Shown: piece after piece, positions 1 through 12,290 of the stretch | Numbering within the stretch: position 1 is the first letter of the stretch | Layout: each line of letters opens with the position of its first letter | Origin: Octopus vulgaris | Taxonomy: Eukaryota | NCBI GenBank assembly: GCA_951406725.2 | Contig: OX597819.1 | Coordinates: 108,376,001-108,440,000, forward strand | Reading direction: 5' to 3' | Length of the DNA stretch: 64,000 bases | Made by a program: the position numbers and the translations under genes | Notes under the pieces: generated by a model | Databases searched by the model: none | The model's input: the letters and a program-made list of their open reading frames with translations, nothing else | Told to the model about the DNA's origin: nothing

Positions 1-165
1 GTCATTCGTCCAACCCATGCTAGCATGGAAAGCAGACGTTAAATGATGATGATGATGATGACTGATGGTGTTACGTAAAAAGCACCCTATACACTCTGTA
101 AAGTGGTTGGCATTAGAAAGACATCCAGCTGTAGAAACCATGCCAAAACAGGCAATGAAACCTGA
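1..165 (+). mobile_element. Two fragments of the RTE-type 3' tail repeat, (GAT)n tailed
   Basis: ccaacccatgctagcatggaaagcagacgttaaa(tga)n and aaaagcacc..acactctgtaaagtggttggcattag..catccagctgtagaaac, the same sequence that ends the RTE LINE at 13758-16960 and the copy at 61765-62070. Confidence 0.75.
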
Positions 166-365
166 CTATTTATTTCTCCACTTAGTGGTTTAACAAAAAA
201 GACTGTTTGAATAAGTATCTGACTTTAAAATAAAAATTTGGATCAATTTCTTCAAATAAATCTTAGCTGCATTGCAATGACTGAAGCAAACAACAGAAAG
301 ATAGAAGAAATAGATAGCAAATCTATACTATCTAATAAGGAGAATCATTAAATGTAACAATAAAC

Positions 366-670
366 ATCACCCTTTTCAAGCCTAGCCAGGTTCATGGGCC
401 CAGTTTCCTGGTTTCTGTGACGTATGTGCCCTCCCCCCCCACAGCTGGACGGGATGCCAGTCCATTGCAGCGTTACTCAAGAAACAGGAAGAGAAGGTGA
501 GAGAAAGTTGTGGTGAAAGAGTACAACAGAGGTCCCCCCCCCCCGCCAGAGCCTCGTGGAGCTTTAGGTGTTTTCGCTCAATAAACACACACAACACCCG
601 ATCTGGGAATCGAAACCGCGATCCTCCGACCACGAGTCCGCTGCCCTAACCACTGGGCTATTGCACCTCC
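366..670 (-). mobile_element. tRNA-derived SINE (family A), near full length
   Basis: Minus strand begins GGAGGTGCAATAGCCCAGTGGTTAGGGCAGCGGACTCG..GGTTTCGATTCCC (pol III A and B boxes); homologous to 20668, 18031 and 46661. Confidence 0.85.
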
Positions 671-729
671 ACAATAAGGAGAATGATAGTAATATAATAT
701 TATTGCTATTCTCTTTACATTCTCAGCTC

Positions 730-1600
730 AGATTCTGCCAAGGTCAGCTTCACCTTTGATCTTTCCTAGAATCAATAAAATAATGCATCAATCAAGTGTT
801 GGGGTTAACATAATTGATTGCACCCCACCACCTCCCAAATTTCTGTTCTTGTATTTGCTACAGAAATTATTAAGGAGCTGTTATTGGGGGATTAGTTAGA
901 GCATCAGTAAAAATGCTTTACAGTATTTCTTTAGACCTGTTACTTTCTAAGTTCAGCCCAGATCTAATCCAGTCCTGATGAAATTTGTCTTTCATCCTTC
1001 AGGAGTCAATAAAATAAAGTTACCAGTCAAGAACTTGGTAACTTGGATTGATATAATCGACTAACCACTTCCCCAAAAATTTGTGACCTATGTTAGAAAT
1101 TATTATAATTGTTGTTGTTGTTGTTGTTGTTAATTAATTAATTAAGGCAGCATGAAGGCAGTAAACTTGCAGAATTATTAGCATGCTGGGCAAAATGCTT
1201 AGCAGCATTTTGACTGTTTCTGTGTTCTAAATTCAGATTCCACCTGGGTCAACTTTGCCTATGCCTTTCATCCTTTTGGGATTGATAAAATATGTACCAG
1301 TTGAGCACTGGGGTCAATATAATCAAATTACCCCTCCCCTAAAATTGTTGGTCTTGTGCCAAGATTTGAAACCATTATTAATTAAGGCAGAATCAATAGA
1401 ATGGACAAAATGCTTGGTTGCATTTCTTTTGGCTCGTTACATTTGGAGTTCAAATTCTGTCAAGGTCAACTATGCATATTTAAGGTTCATAAGATACTCT
1501 TTCAGGATCAATTAAAATAGGTGCTGATTGAGCACTGGAATGGATATAATTGGCTTACCTTTACACCAAAAGTTGTTGGCCTTATGCCAAAGTTTGAAAC
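730..1600 (+). mobile_element. Cluster of about 4 degraded SINEs (family B, Meta-domain-like core)
   Basis: Repeated gcctttcatccttttggg(a/g)ttgataaaata..taccagt core with (ATT)n/(GTT)n tails; core resembles the MetaSINE central domain. Confidence 0.7.
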
Positions 1601-1655
<55 letters not shown>

Positions 1656-1678
1656 GTTGTTGTTGTTGTTGTTCTTAT

Positions 1679-2232
1679 TGAGTGAGAGAGCAGTGCATGC
1701 CATCAAAGTGAAACTGGGGTGAAATATACGAAGCTCAGTATACCCATCATGACGACCTGTCTGATAAGGGTACACCAGGCACATGCATCACAACCATATG
1801 TGCCGACATGGTGATCTCATATTAAGATAAACAGGGCATGACCTTGCCGGTGGGGCCCAGTTAGGATTTTCTTCTGGTCGAGTAGCCCATCCCACTCAAA
1901 AGGTCCCTGAATAAGGATTGTTTAAGGATGTTGAATGAACCACCCATGTTTCCAAAGGGAAATTATCCAAACCTCTAAAAATTCCTTTCAACTCATGGCT
2001 ATGATGCTCCCCACTACTTCTACTCATGGTCAGAGATGCAACATATCGTCAACCACTAAGGGACATGATCAACTGGTTAAGGTCAAACAACTGACAAACA
2101 AATCTGTGGTATTGAGCAGAATATTTGCTGTAGCCCATCTTTTATACCAAGACAAAACAATGTACATGATAACACTTCCAATCAATGAAAATCAGAAGCC
2201 ATGTGAGCCACTGTCTGGTACTGCATCAGGGC

Positions 2233-2233
<1 letters not shown>
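1679..2233. mobile_element. Unclassified 555-bp TG...CA element inside an (ATT)n array, copy 1
   Basis: Colinear and highly similar to 40981-41537 with the same two ends; both copies are flanked by TTA repeats. Confidence 0.8.
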
Positions 2234-2235
<2 letters not shown>

Positions 2236-2292
<57 letters not shown>

Positions 2293-2650
2293 TCAACTTG
2301 ACTCAGGATTGGTCTTATTCCTGATGGAAATTATGTACGTAGCAGGTTACTACCTGTAACCTTAGATTTCCACATGACTTTAGCAAGTCATCAAGTGCTC
2401 AACACTCTTCTGGTGATCTTGCCAGCTCCTAAGAGGCAAACCTTCTGTAGAAGCTCTACAGGACATTCCATTCTAATTTCCTTTAATCATTTGTCTATGT
2501 CATTACTCATAGTCCCTGATGCATCAACAATCACAGGTAAAACTTTTACAGATTTCATATTCCAAATCCTTGCAATCTCAAATTTTAAGGGGTTGCATTT
2601 TTTAAACTATTCCTCTTCTTTGTTCACCATCTTGTAATCAAATAAACACC
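2236..2650 (-). mobile_element. 3' end of a Dong/R4-clade non-LTR retrotransposon (restriction-like endonuclease C-terminus) with (TAA)n tail
   Basis: Minus frame CLFDYKMVNKEEE*FKKCNPLKFEIARIWNMKSVKVLPVIVDASGT..ELLQKVCLLGAGKITRRVLST* fits the R4/Dong RLE pattern (EK..KY..L..EI..LW..V.PV..GALG..LLQK..LLGT..I.R.VL); it runs into (TAA)n, the Dong target. Confidence 0.75.
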
Positions 2651-3024
2651 ATCATCATCATCATCACCACCACCACCACCGTCACCATCAACATCATCAC
2701 CATCATTATCATCATCATCACCATTGCACACATTTTCCTCGGTATTTGCTATCTAATTTCATAGGTAAAATATGAATTGAGTTTCTTTGAAATACAAAAC
2801 ATTTCTGTTTACTTCCAGCATTCAATCAGCAGATAGATTTCATCAATAACAGTCCCTTTTTATTCCTTCCACTGCTAAATCAACATTTATCAATGAAGTT
2901 CAATTAATATTTGTTTGTAATAATGTAATGCTTTCATTAACCATTAATTTTGAGTCTTGCCTTTCACACTTCATTTCAACAATCTAATTCAAATTGCCAT
3001 CGGTGAATGAATATGACTCTTTGC

Positions 3025-3366
3025 ATATGTATGTATATATGCATGCATGTATGTATGTATGTATGTATGTATGTATGTATGTATGTATGTATGTATGTAT
3101 GTATGTATGTATGTATGTATGCATGCATGCATGCATGCATGCACGTATGTAGGTATGTATGTATGTGTGTGTATGTATGTATATATGCATGTATATATGT
3201 ATGTATGTATGTATGCATGCATGTATGTATATATGTATGTATGTATGTGTGTGTATGTATGTATGTGTGTATGTATGTATATGTGTGTGCTTGTGTGTGT
3301 GTGTGTGTGCAATGTGTGTGTGCATGTGTGTATGCATATATATACTTATATATACATATATATATA
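3025..3366. repeat. Compound (TATG)n/(TGCA)n/(TG)n microsatellite
   Basis: Directly visible; explains the six overlapping MYVC/HTYI ORFs. Confidence 0.95.
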
Positions 3367-4513
3367 CTAACAAATCTACCCATCTACGATGGAGTCATAA
3401 ACTGAGGGAGGGAAGCCATAACAGCAGTATGTATTGAGAAATGTGTAAATGGACTTCATAGATTTACTGAACGATGTCTTAGAGAAATCACATTATTGTT
3501 GGTGATACAGCATTCTATTGCAGTTATGTGACTAAGTGACATGTGATGAAGATTCACTCCTGAATTGAAATAGGCTCTCAGCCTCTGAATCATGAATGGT
3601 TATGTGGACCACTCCTAACAAAAGCCAGAGCTTCCTTCAACCGCTACATAAAAAGCATTAAGAAAAAAATGTCATTTAGATGTAGTTTTATTTTAGTTGT
3701 TTACACTATTTTACGCTTCTTTATACACTTATACATTCAAAATTCACAAATTTCCTTATTTAAATTATGAATCATATTCCTTTCAATAATATCAATATGA
3801 TTACAAAACTTCTTTGTAGATGATATTTTCTGTTTGGTTGACACTAATTTTCAAATTACTGGAGTCTGTTGCTCTACTCATAGCCACATATAACTGGCTG
3901 TGTGTAAACATTGGAGTGGGTAAAAATACACCTACATGATCTAAACCATGGCCCTGTACTTTGTTGGCCATGAATGCATGAGCAGAATCTTTTGGGTTGC
4001 ACAAAATCAAACTAAGACTTACCTCTCACTGTTCTATGTGAATAATGTCTGGATGTTCTAGTACCATGGGTTATTTTGATTGATAAAACTGAGATGTAAA
4101 CAACAGCTGCTTTGATTAGCCATTTCGAATCTTGCTTGAGACTGACACACTTCAATAACCACTAAATAATCACACACACTATATACTGACACACACTTTT
4201 TCTATTTTATTTTCGCTATTAACTGTCCTCACAACCCCCTTCATATCTATGATGGGGCCGCAAACTATACAATGAAAATCCAGAGTTACTTGTGGTCGAT
4301 GAATTTTTAGTAAAAATGTGAAGTGGTTTATCAATTCAAAACTTGATATCCATGAAATAATTATACTTTCTGATTTTTTAATGCTAAAAACCTTCCTGAC
4401 GACCGTCTTTGTAATCCCAAGAAATATAACCATTGGTCCAGCTGTGTGGCCATGAAGAGGGAACAGCCAAAGAGACATACAGACAGATGAACATAATACC
4501 CATTATAGTAAGA
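3367..4513 (-). mobile_element. Internally deleted Helitron retaining the PIF1-helicase C-terminus
   Basis: Minus 5' end A|TCTTACTATAAT at 4513; 3' hairpin CCATCGTAGATGG then gatttgTTAG|T at 3367; ORF 3801-4010 (NKVQGHGLDHVGVFLPTPMFTHSQLYVAMSRA..TENIIYKEVL*) carries RepHel helicase motifs V/VI and the typical C-terminus. Confidence 0.85.
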
Positions 4514-4609
4514 TAGCAAATCTGCCCATCTACGATGGGAAGGAGAAATACAGGGATAGTATCACAAATCTAACCCTCTAAATTCACAAACTATACAGTG
4601 TATATATAC

Positions 4610-4664
<55 letters not shown>

Positions 4665-4666
4665 AA

Positions 4667-5913
4667 CAGGGTATGTAAGTATTTGAGGACATACCTTTTT
4701 TGGGTCATTGCTGCATTTCTGCTAACTCTGTATAATTTTTGTTCCAGAAAATAATAACAGCAAACCTTCAGCTTACTCAAGAAATGAAGAGGCATGTTAT
4801 TATTGTGGTTATAAAGGATGAGCATACCAATGTAGAAATATGTGGATTTTTAAAGGTTGCCAGATCTTTCATCTACAAAGTTTGTAAGGAGCTAGAGACA
4901 GAAGATGGAAATATATCACCTGTATCAAAGTATAAAAAGCATTCTAAATGCTCTGAAATCATCAGAATACCTGAATGTATCCAGCAAGTTCAACAGATTA
5001 CAATTGATTACAATCCCAGAAAGTCCATAAAGTCAATTGCAAAAGATTTCCATGTCTCAGAAGGAACAGTCAGATATGTCCACAAAGACATCAGATATAA
5101 GTCTTATATGATGACGAAAAGTTAATTTGTCAGAAAAAAACAAAAGAAAATCACTACATCGGATCTAAAAGCCTCTTAAACAAACGGAAAAATCCAGCAG
5201 AAGAAGATTTGATTTGGTTTTTCTCAAACGAGGAAAACTTTGACCAAGATCAAAAAGTTAACAGAAGAAATGACAAATGGTTATATGCGGACCCTTCTGA
5301 AGTTCCAAGTATTATGCATACAAAATTTCCTGCAACTGTCATGGTTTTAGGGGTTATCAGCAATGAAGGACATGTGATGCCTCCTTACTTTTTCCACAAA
5401 GCCTTAGAGTTAACTCTGCAGCCTACATTGAAGTCCTGGAAATAATCGTTAAGCCCTGGATAGACAGTGTATGCAACAGAATGTCATATGTGTTTCAGTA
5501 AGACTCTGCACTATCATACATGTATAGTAACACAGGAATAGATAGCTGAGAATTTTCATGATCACATAACCATTAACATTTGGCCTCCTAATTCCCCAGA
5601 TCTCAATCCATTAGACTATTACATGTGGAGTGTTGTTGAGAGAGAGGTCAATGAACACGCCCACAACACCAAAGATTCATTGAAAGCTGACAAAGTCAGA
5701 GTAATGTTCAAAATGAACCAGAACCACTTGATTCAAGCATGTAGATGATTTAGATCTCATATAGAAGTAGTTGCTGAAGCTGAAGGTGGCTCTATTGAAT
5801 AACATTGTAGAAAAGAATGTTTATTTTTATCCTCATAGCATTTTTGATAAAGTTATTATCTATTATTATATGTTCTTTTATATAAACATAAATCTGTCCT
5901 CAAATGTCTTATA
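4667..5913 (+). mobile_element. Tc1/mariner-superfamily maT-like (DD37D) transposon, transposase pseudogene
   Basis: ORF pieces 4739-5125 (HTH region) and 5209-5445 (WFFSNEENF..TKFPATVMVLGVISNEGHVMPPYFF), then FQ*DSA..WPPNSPDLNPLDYYMW..EAEGGSIE*; partial TIR atttgaggaca / tgtcctcaaat; sits in TA repeats. Confidence 0.85.
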
Positions 5914-5929
5914 TATATACATATATATA

Positions 5930-7198
5930 TTAGGTTGTCAAGAAAGTTCTTGCAGTTTTTAACCTTTAAATTCAGATGCACATATCTTGGCTCAAACAAA
6001 ACTTTATTAATAGAAATATACACCATTAGATTCAACACACTTTTACCAATGCAAAACAAGTTTATGCCATTAGCGTAAGAATGGTAGAGATGAAATCGTT
6101 GAAGGCGTGTTTGGCATTGTCTTGGTTTTTGAAGCATTTCTCACACAGGAAGTTGTTGAGATGCTTGAAAAAGTGGTAGCTGGTAGGCAAGAGGTCTGGT
6201 GAGTATGGCAGATGAGGCAGAGTTTCATAACCCAATTCGTTTAACTTCTGCAGGGTCAGTTGTGTGAAGTGCAGCCGAGCATTGTTGTGGAGAAGAATTG
6301 GACCTTTTCTATTGACCAATGCTGGCTGTTGTTGTTGGAGTTTCTTATGCATTTCATCCATTTGCTGAAAGTACTTCTCCGCCATAATGGTTTCACCTAG
6401 ATCCAAAAATCTTTGATGGAAGAGACTGGCTGCAGACCACCAAACAATCACCATGACCTTTGGTGCAACTTTGGCTTCAGGAAATGTCATGGAGCTTCGT
6501 CAGCATCCAACCACTGAGCTGAGCATTGCCGGTTGTTGTAAAGAATCCACTTTTCATCACAAGTCACAATCCGGTCAAGAAATGGGTCATTTTTGTTGCG
6601 TAAAAGAAGGGAAGATGACACTTCAAAACAGCGTTCATTTTGGATGTCATTCAATTCATGCGGTACCCATTTCGCAAGTATTTTTGTTTTTCCAATCTCT
6701 TTCAAGTGGTTGGAAACTGTCGTATATGTTACATCGAATTCAGAAGCAAGCTCTCGAACAGTTGTGTGTGGATTGGCTTCGACTAAGGCTCTTAGTTGAT
6801 CGTTGTCAACATGCGATGGCCGACCACTACGCTTATCATCTTCAAGACCCTTGTCACCACCATGAAATTTCTTGAATCACCATTGTGCTGTACGTTCGTT
6901 AGTGGTTCCTGGGCCAAATGCATCATTGATATCGCAAGCTGTTTTAGCAGCTTTTCAGCCTAGCTTGAACTGGAATAAGAAAATTTTGCAAATTTGCTTT
7001 TTGTCCATGTTGTATTCAACATTCCAGAAAAAATGTGCTAATTTTTCAAAAAGAAAAAGAGTAACATGATTAGATAGAGTGAAAAATGGCCTTTAAAATG
7101 ATATATAAAGTCAAAGTAATTTAATGAAAATTAATTTGAAAATACATCATTTAAAACCCCAAATTAAAAATTCCACAAGAACTTTCTTGACAACCTAA
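5930..7198 (-). mobile_element. Full-length (1269 bp) mariner DD34D element, cecropia/Hsmar1-like, frameshifted
   Basis: TIRs TTAGGTTGTCAAGAAAGTTCTTG / CAAGAACTTTCTTGACAACCTAA with TA on both sides; WVPHEL, IVTCDEKWILYNN, LLHNNARLH and PYSPDLLPTSYHFF motifs. Confidence 0.92.
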
Positions 7199-7278
7199 TA
7201 TATATATATATATACATACATATATATATGTATGTATGTATGTATATACATATATATATACACACACATACACACATG

Positions 7279-7309
<31 letters not shown>

Positions 7310-8379
7310 ATGTATTTATATATAGGTATGTATATATGTAAATATACATACATACAGACACACATATAAGCCTACAAGGTTACCTCTATGTTGTTACCTG
7401 GCCTACTAAAAATAGCAACCACATCTCCCTCAAACCACATCCTACACTTAACAAAAAATAGAAAGATACATTTGACATTGTCATCTTAGATGCATTTTGT
7501 CTATGTTATAGAATAAGGGATAGTGGTCCCTGATATATCAAATGGCAGTTAGTAATGACTCAATGGCTTTCATCGTAGATATATTCTGTCAGGGCTGACC
7601 TGCAGCTAAACCACAGCCCCTACAAATATTTTCAGTCAATGAGCAACCTCTATGTCAGTGGTTTTTAAACATTAACCTTTTATTCCCTCACTTCTTTTCA
7701 TGCATTTTGCCATTTATCCTCTTAGACATCAATATGTACCAAATAATCACCAGAACTTAAAAGGCATTCATTTCCGGTGCTGAACTAACTGACGGATTTC
7801 TTCAAATAACAGACCTTTTGCATTTCATTTCCAAATGGATATTTATCACTGAAGTTCAATTAATATTTGCTCATAATAACGTAATAATTTCATTAACCAT
7901 TAATTTGCAGTCATGTCTTTCATGCTTCATTCAACAATCTGATTCAATTCACAAACCCTGAATGATATTTCATTCAGAGTTTGTGTGTGTGCTCACCACA
8001 CACACACACAAACGTATGTATGTATGTAAGTATGAATGCATGCAGTGCAGCCTAAAGGCTTGGGTACACTGGGCAATTGTCTGAGAGCCTCATATGTCTA
8101 GGAGCCCAATAATGAACTATGTACGCTGTGGCATGCAATCAAAAATTAAATACTATAAGGCCCCGTGTATTTATTTGCATGGAGCCTTTAACGTTGCTAT
8201 GATGGCTTTGAATGTATATATATAGTATTGGTCTTAGTAGCTTTCTTTTAAGACATTTTAAACCAGGTATTTTTCGTCTCTTGTCTATTTCTTTGCATCT
8301 CCCACAATCATTTTCTCCCTCCCCAACTAATATAAAACTACCTCCCACTCCCTTAAGGTCTTGTGAGCTGCATGACCTC

Positions 8380-8570
8380 AATAGTACTGATGGCATGAGA
8401 AAAGCACTCAGTACACACTGCAAAGCGGTTGGCACTAGGAAGGGCAGCCAGCCATTCAAATCATACAGAAGCATACATTAGAGCATAATGCAGTCCTTGG
8501 ACCCATTGTATCTTGTCAAAGCATCCAATCCATGCCAACATAGAACATGGACATTAAATGATGATAATAA
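8380..8570 (+). mobile_element. RTE-type 3' tail fragment
   Basis: aaaagcactcagtacacactgcaaagcggttggcactaggaagggc..ccaatccatgccaacatagaacatggacattaaatgatgat. Confidence 0.6.
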
Positions 8571-8589
8571 GGAGAGTGAGAAGGAGGAT

Positions 8590-8885
8590 ATATATATATA
8601 TATAAATGGAACAAAAACGCAATAGAGGACAATAAAACATTTGGACAGACAGATGATACAAAGGCAGAAACAAAAATTAGAAGGACAGGTAAAAAATGAT
8701 GGGTCATTCATGGCTTTCTTTCCTCAGTGAAGTATACCAGAAGTCCTTACTGTTTTGGGCAGTTACACTTGAGACAGTTCAATCTGGTTGCTCCCCAAAA
8801 AGTCTAAGCTAAGAGCATTAGACTCTTTTGTAAGAAAGCTAGCGAATGTGTATGGCAACAAAGACAAAAAACAGAGAACATATAC
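8590..8885. repeat. (TA)n-flanked dispersed repeat of unknown class
   Basis: Starts directly after a TA run with a composition distinct from the flanks; no second copy in the window. Confidence 0.3.
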
Positions 8886-10189
8886 ACACAACAGGATTCT
8901 TCTAGTTTCCATCTATGAAATCCATTTGAAAGGCAGTGTTTAGCTTAAGACTATAGTAGAGGACATTTGCCCCCAGATGTTAGAGACCCCATGGTTGAGA
9001 AGCAAGCTCTCAAACCACACCTGCACCTGTAGTACTATGTTACTTTACTGGAGTATTCTAATCTGTTTCTTGCATGGTTATTTATAATTATATAAATGTA
9101 GACAAATGCAGGCATGCAACTGCATGATTGGCACTTATATAGCCAGAATGATAGAAATGTTGTCAAAATATTGATAAATCATTTACAACTTTTCTGTCTG
9201 TAAAATACTTTAGAAAACTGCTCAAATCTCCAAAATTAATTATAAAAATGGTATTTAAAATCCACTTACAGAAATGGCCTGTCATATTAATAATAGTAAT
9301 AAATATTTCACAAGTTAAATAAAATATATTTTTGTGCATAAAGCTTTTAACATAGGGCTTAAAGAAGATGAAAATATATTCAGACTCTGACTGATAATAA
9401 ATATATTGATATATAAAGAGGGTTATGACAAAAAGATACTATAACATGAATTCTAGATGGCATTTTGCTTTTACTGTCCAAACCATGCCAGAATTGAATT
9501 CAGATGCTAAAAGATGATGGTCTATATACTGCATAAATTTTTTTAAGTGATAAACTATAGATTTTCTATAAAATTCAGAGCCAACACTGTAAGTTACAAT
9601 GTTTTGTATATGAATATGTCTATGTAAACAACGGGATCAAAGATAGAAAAGATAGGCAACGGGTGCATATATTTCAAGAGTTATTGCTTTTTCATCAACA
9701 CCACATCCAGCCCATCAACTATCCACAAATGCACTGATTGAATACCCTCTAAGTTTAGTAGTGTAACACTATTGGATGGACCAATTTATGTGTTAAACAT
9801 ATTCCTGATATTTGATATGTAAATATTAATTACTAGCAAGGACCCAGTTTTTTGTTTTGTAACCATAATATACCACCAACTATATATTTAAGGTCTATAA
9901 GTCAATATTGTAAATAATGATCTATGAATTAAGTACTGAGGGTAGCAGTTAGTCTATTACATCAATCCTAGTTCTTGGCTGGTACTTTATTGACTTTGAA
10001 AATATGAAAGGCTAAGTTAACCTTAGTGGGATTTGAACTCAAAAGAGAAAGAATCAGAACAAATACCACAAGGCACTTTTTTAAATGTTCTTGTTCTTCT
10101 TTTATAATTCTCACATTTTACAATTCTCTCTTCTTATGACATCAAACACTTCATTTTAGGAACATAAAACTCATCTTCAGAGGAAGGTA

Positions 10190-10540
10190 AGGCTGTGTGT
10201 TAAGTAGCTTGCTTCCTAACCATAGGTTCAGTTCTTTATCTTCTTGAGCCAACCAAAGCCTTGTGAATGGATTTGGTAAATAGAAACTGAAGGAAGCTTA
10301 TCTTATATATATATATATATATTGTGTGTGTGTCTGTGTGTGTTTGTCCCCTACTTGCTGCTTCACAGCCAGTGTTGGTGTGTTTACAAGCCTTTAACTT
10401 AGTGGTTTGGCAAGAAAGACTGATAGAATAAGTACCAGGCTTTAAAAATAAGAACTGGGGTTGATTCATTCAACTAAAATTGTTCAAGGTGGTGCCCCAG
10501 CATGGCCATAGTCTAATGGCTGAAACAAATAAAAGATAAA
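10190..10540 (+). mobile_element. SINE family C copy with internal (TA)/(TG) microsatellite
   Basis: Homologous to 39854-40268 (ccaaagccttgtgaatggatttggta..gatagaataagtacc..ggtgccccagcatggcc..tgaaacaa). Confidence 0.75.
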
Positions 10541-10922
10541 AGTATTGAGCATGTGTTTATTCTAACATGTATTGCATGAATTTATTTTCACTTTTACTCA
10601 TCTCTCTGCAAAAAATGCTTATACAAAATGAAAATAAACAAAAAAAAAGAAGCATATTTTCATTATGCTCACAAAATATTTATTTCTGTTAGTAACGTGT
10701 GTGTATGAATGTGTGTTAGTGTGTGCGTATGAGTGAATATGTGTGCCTGCATGTACATGTGTGTGTGCATGCACATGTGTACATGTGCATATGCATGCAT
10801 AATGCATATGCACACACATATGTGTGTCTTCATGTGTTTGTAAATATGCTAAAACTAGAGTATTGTGTTGTTTTTAATGATACATACGTAAAAGAATAGC
10901 TATTTGTACATACACACAGACA

Positions 10923-10953
<31 letters not shown>

Positions 10954-11474
10954 GTACACACACACATTTACAATATATACTTATATATGTAAGTGTATGA
11001 GCGTGTATGGGAGTTACAAGTGCATGTAAGGATTTGTTTATAAGTATGTAATTATTAATATGTCAGGTTTTAAAATGTCATCTGATCCAATGATTGCCAT
11101 TAGCTGGCAGCAAAATTGAACAATGGAGTTGTGAAATTTGAAATCTTAAAATAATAATCAATAATATCTATATTATGTACACATTCTACCAAATGTATTG
11201 ATTACTCTTCCTTGTTTTATATCATTCAACAATCCATTGCATATATGCAGACACACACATGCACACATAAACACACCCATCCACAGATACACATGCATAA
11301 CCACATACACACAAAGATCAAATAATGTTTTTCTTCCCTTCAATTTTGCCTCAATTAATGCGTAATTCTATATATGTTGGGATGCCATCTGCATGGATAA
11401 CAAATAGCTAAGTCAGAGCTTTGCTCTTTGCTCTTCATGCAGATGGTGTTCCAAAGTAATTTCTTTCAGTCATT

Positions 11475-11700
11475 CATCATCACCATCATCATCGTTTAAC
11501 GTCTGCTTTCCATGCTAGCATGGGTTGGACGATTTTGACTGAGGGCTGGCGAACCAGATGGCTACACCAGGCTCCAATCTTGATTTGGCAGAATTTCTAC
11601 AGCTGGATGCCCTTCCTAACACCAACCACTCCGAGAGTGTAGTGGGTGCTTTTTATGTGCCACCGGCACAGGGGCCAGTCAGGCGGTACTGGCAACGACA
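11475..11700 (-). mobile_element. RTE 3' UTR/tail, 5'-truncated
   Basis: (CAT)n gtttaacgtctgctttccatgctagcatgggttggacg..; reverse complement of 61850-62070. Confidence 0.8.
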
Positions 11701-11759
11701 TGTACATGTACACACACATGCACACACGTGCGCACACACACACACAAACACCTAGATGA

Positions 11760-12290
11760 CAGCTGGCTGACTCATTTGAATTAGTAGAGGAGGAGGTGTG
11801 TTCAGAAGCATAGTAGCCAGCGCAAGAATGGGTTAGAAAAAAATCGAGGGAACTATTACTTCTGCTGGCAAGGGCAGATTGTATAATTCTTTATGTTAGA
11901 ACATTGATACTGCATGGTAGTGAGATGTGGGCCTTGAATGCAGACTGTATGGAAGAGAAAGACACAGAGCAAGCATGCTTTAATGAATGTGTAATATTAG
12001 TGTGCATAAACACAAGAACACAAGAGTACAAATGAGCTGAGAGAAAAACTTGGTATATGAGGAATCAATTGTCGTGTACAAGAAAGAATACTATATTTGT
12101 ATGGGCATGTGATACATATGGTGAATGATTGGTGCATAAAGAAAAGTGCTGAGAAATCTAAGTGAATGGAACCCACGGAATAGGGAAATCAAGGAAGATT
12201 TGGAACGAAGTAGTGAAGGCTTAATTGAAGATACCACACCTTACAGAGATGACAAAGGACTGTACTGATTGGTGATATGTGGAACAATTC
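11760..12290 (+). mobile_element. Degraded RTE ORF 3' fragment
   Basis: Resembles the reverse complement of 14280-14730 (gcaagggcagattgtat..tgcatggtagtgag..tgggcc..tatgggcatgtgatacatatg). Confidence 0.6.

Noticed and set aside
2976-3437. Long ORFs of MYVC/HTYI type, also at 17090-17688, 22465-23536, 26431-26899 and 44466-45268
   Set aside because: They are translations of microsatellites or low-complexity tracts that lack stop codons.
4390-4440. CTGACGA..GAAA inside the Helitron
   Set aside because: No supporting helices; chance match.
8700-8740. CTGAGGA-aa-GAAA on the minus strand
   Set aside because: No stem I, stem II or stem III with an NUH triplet can be formed.
10125-10190. CTGAAGA..GAAG..GTC on the minus strand, a possible decayed hammerhead
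   Set aside because: The core is mutated and stem I does not pair; too degenerate to call.
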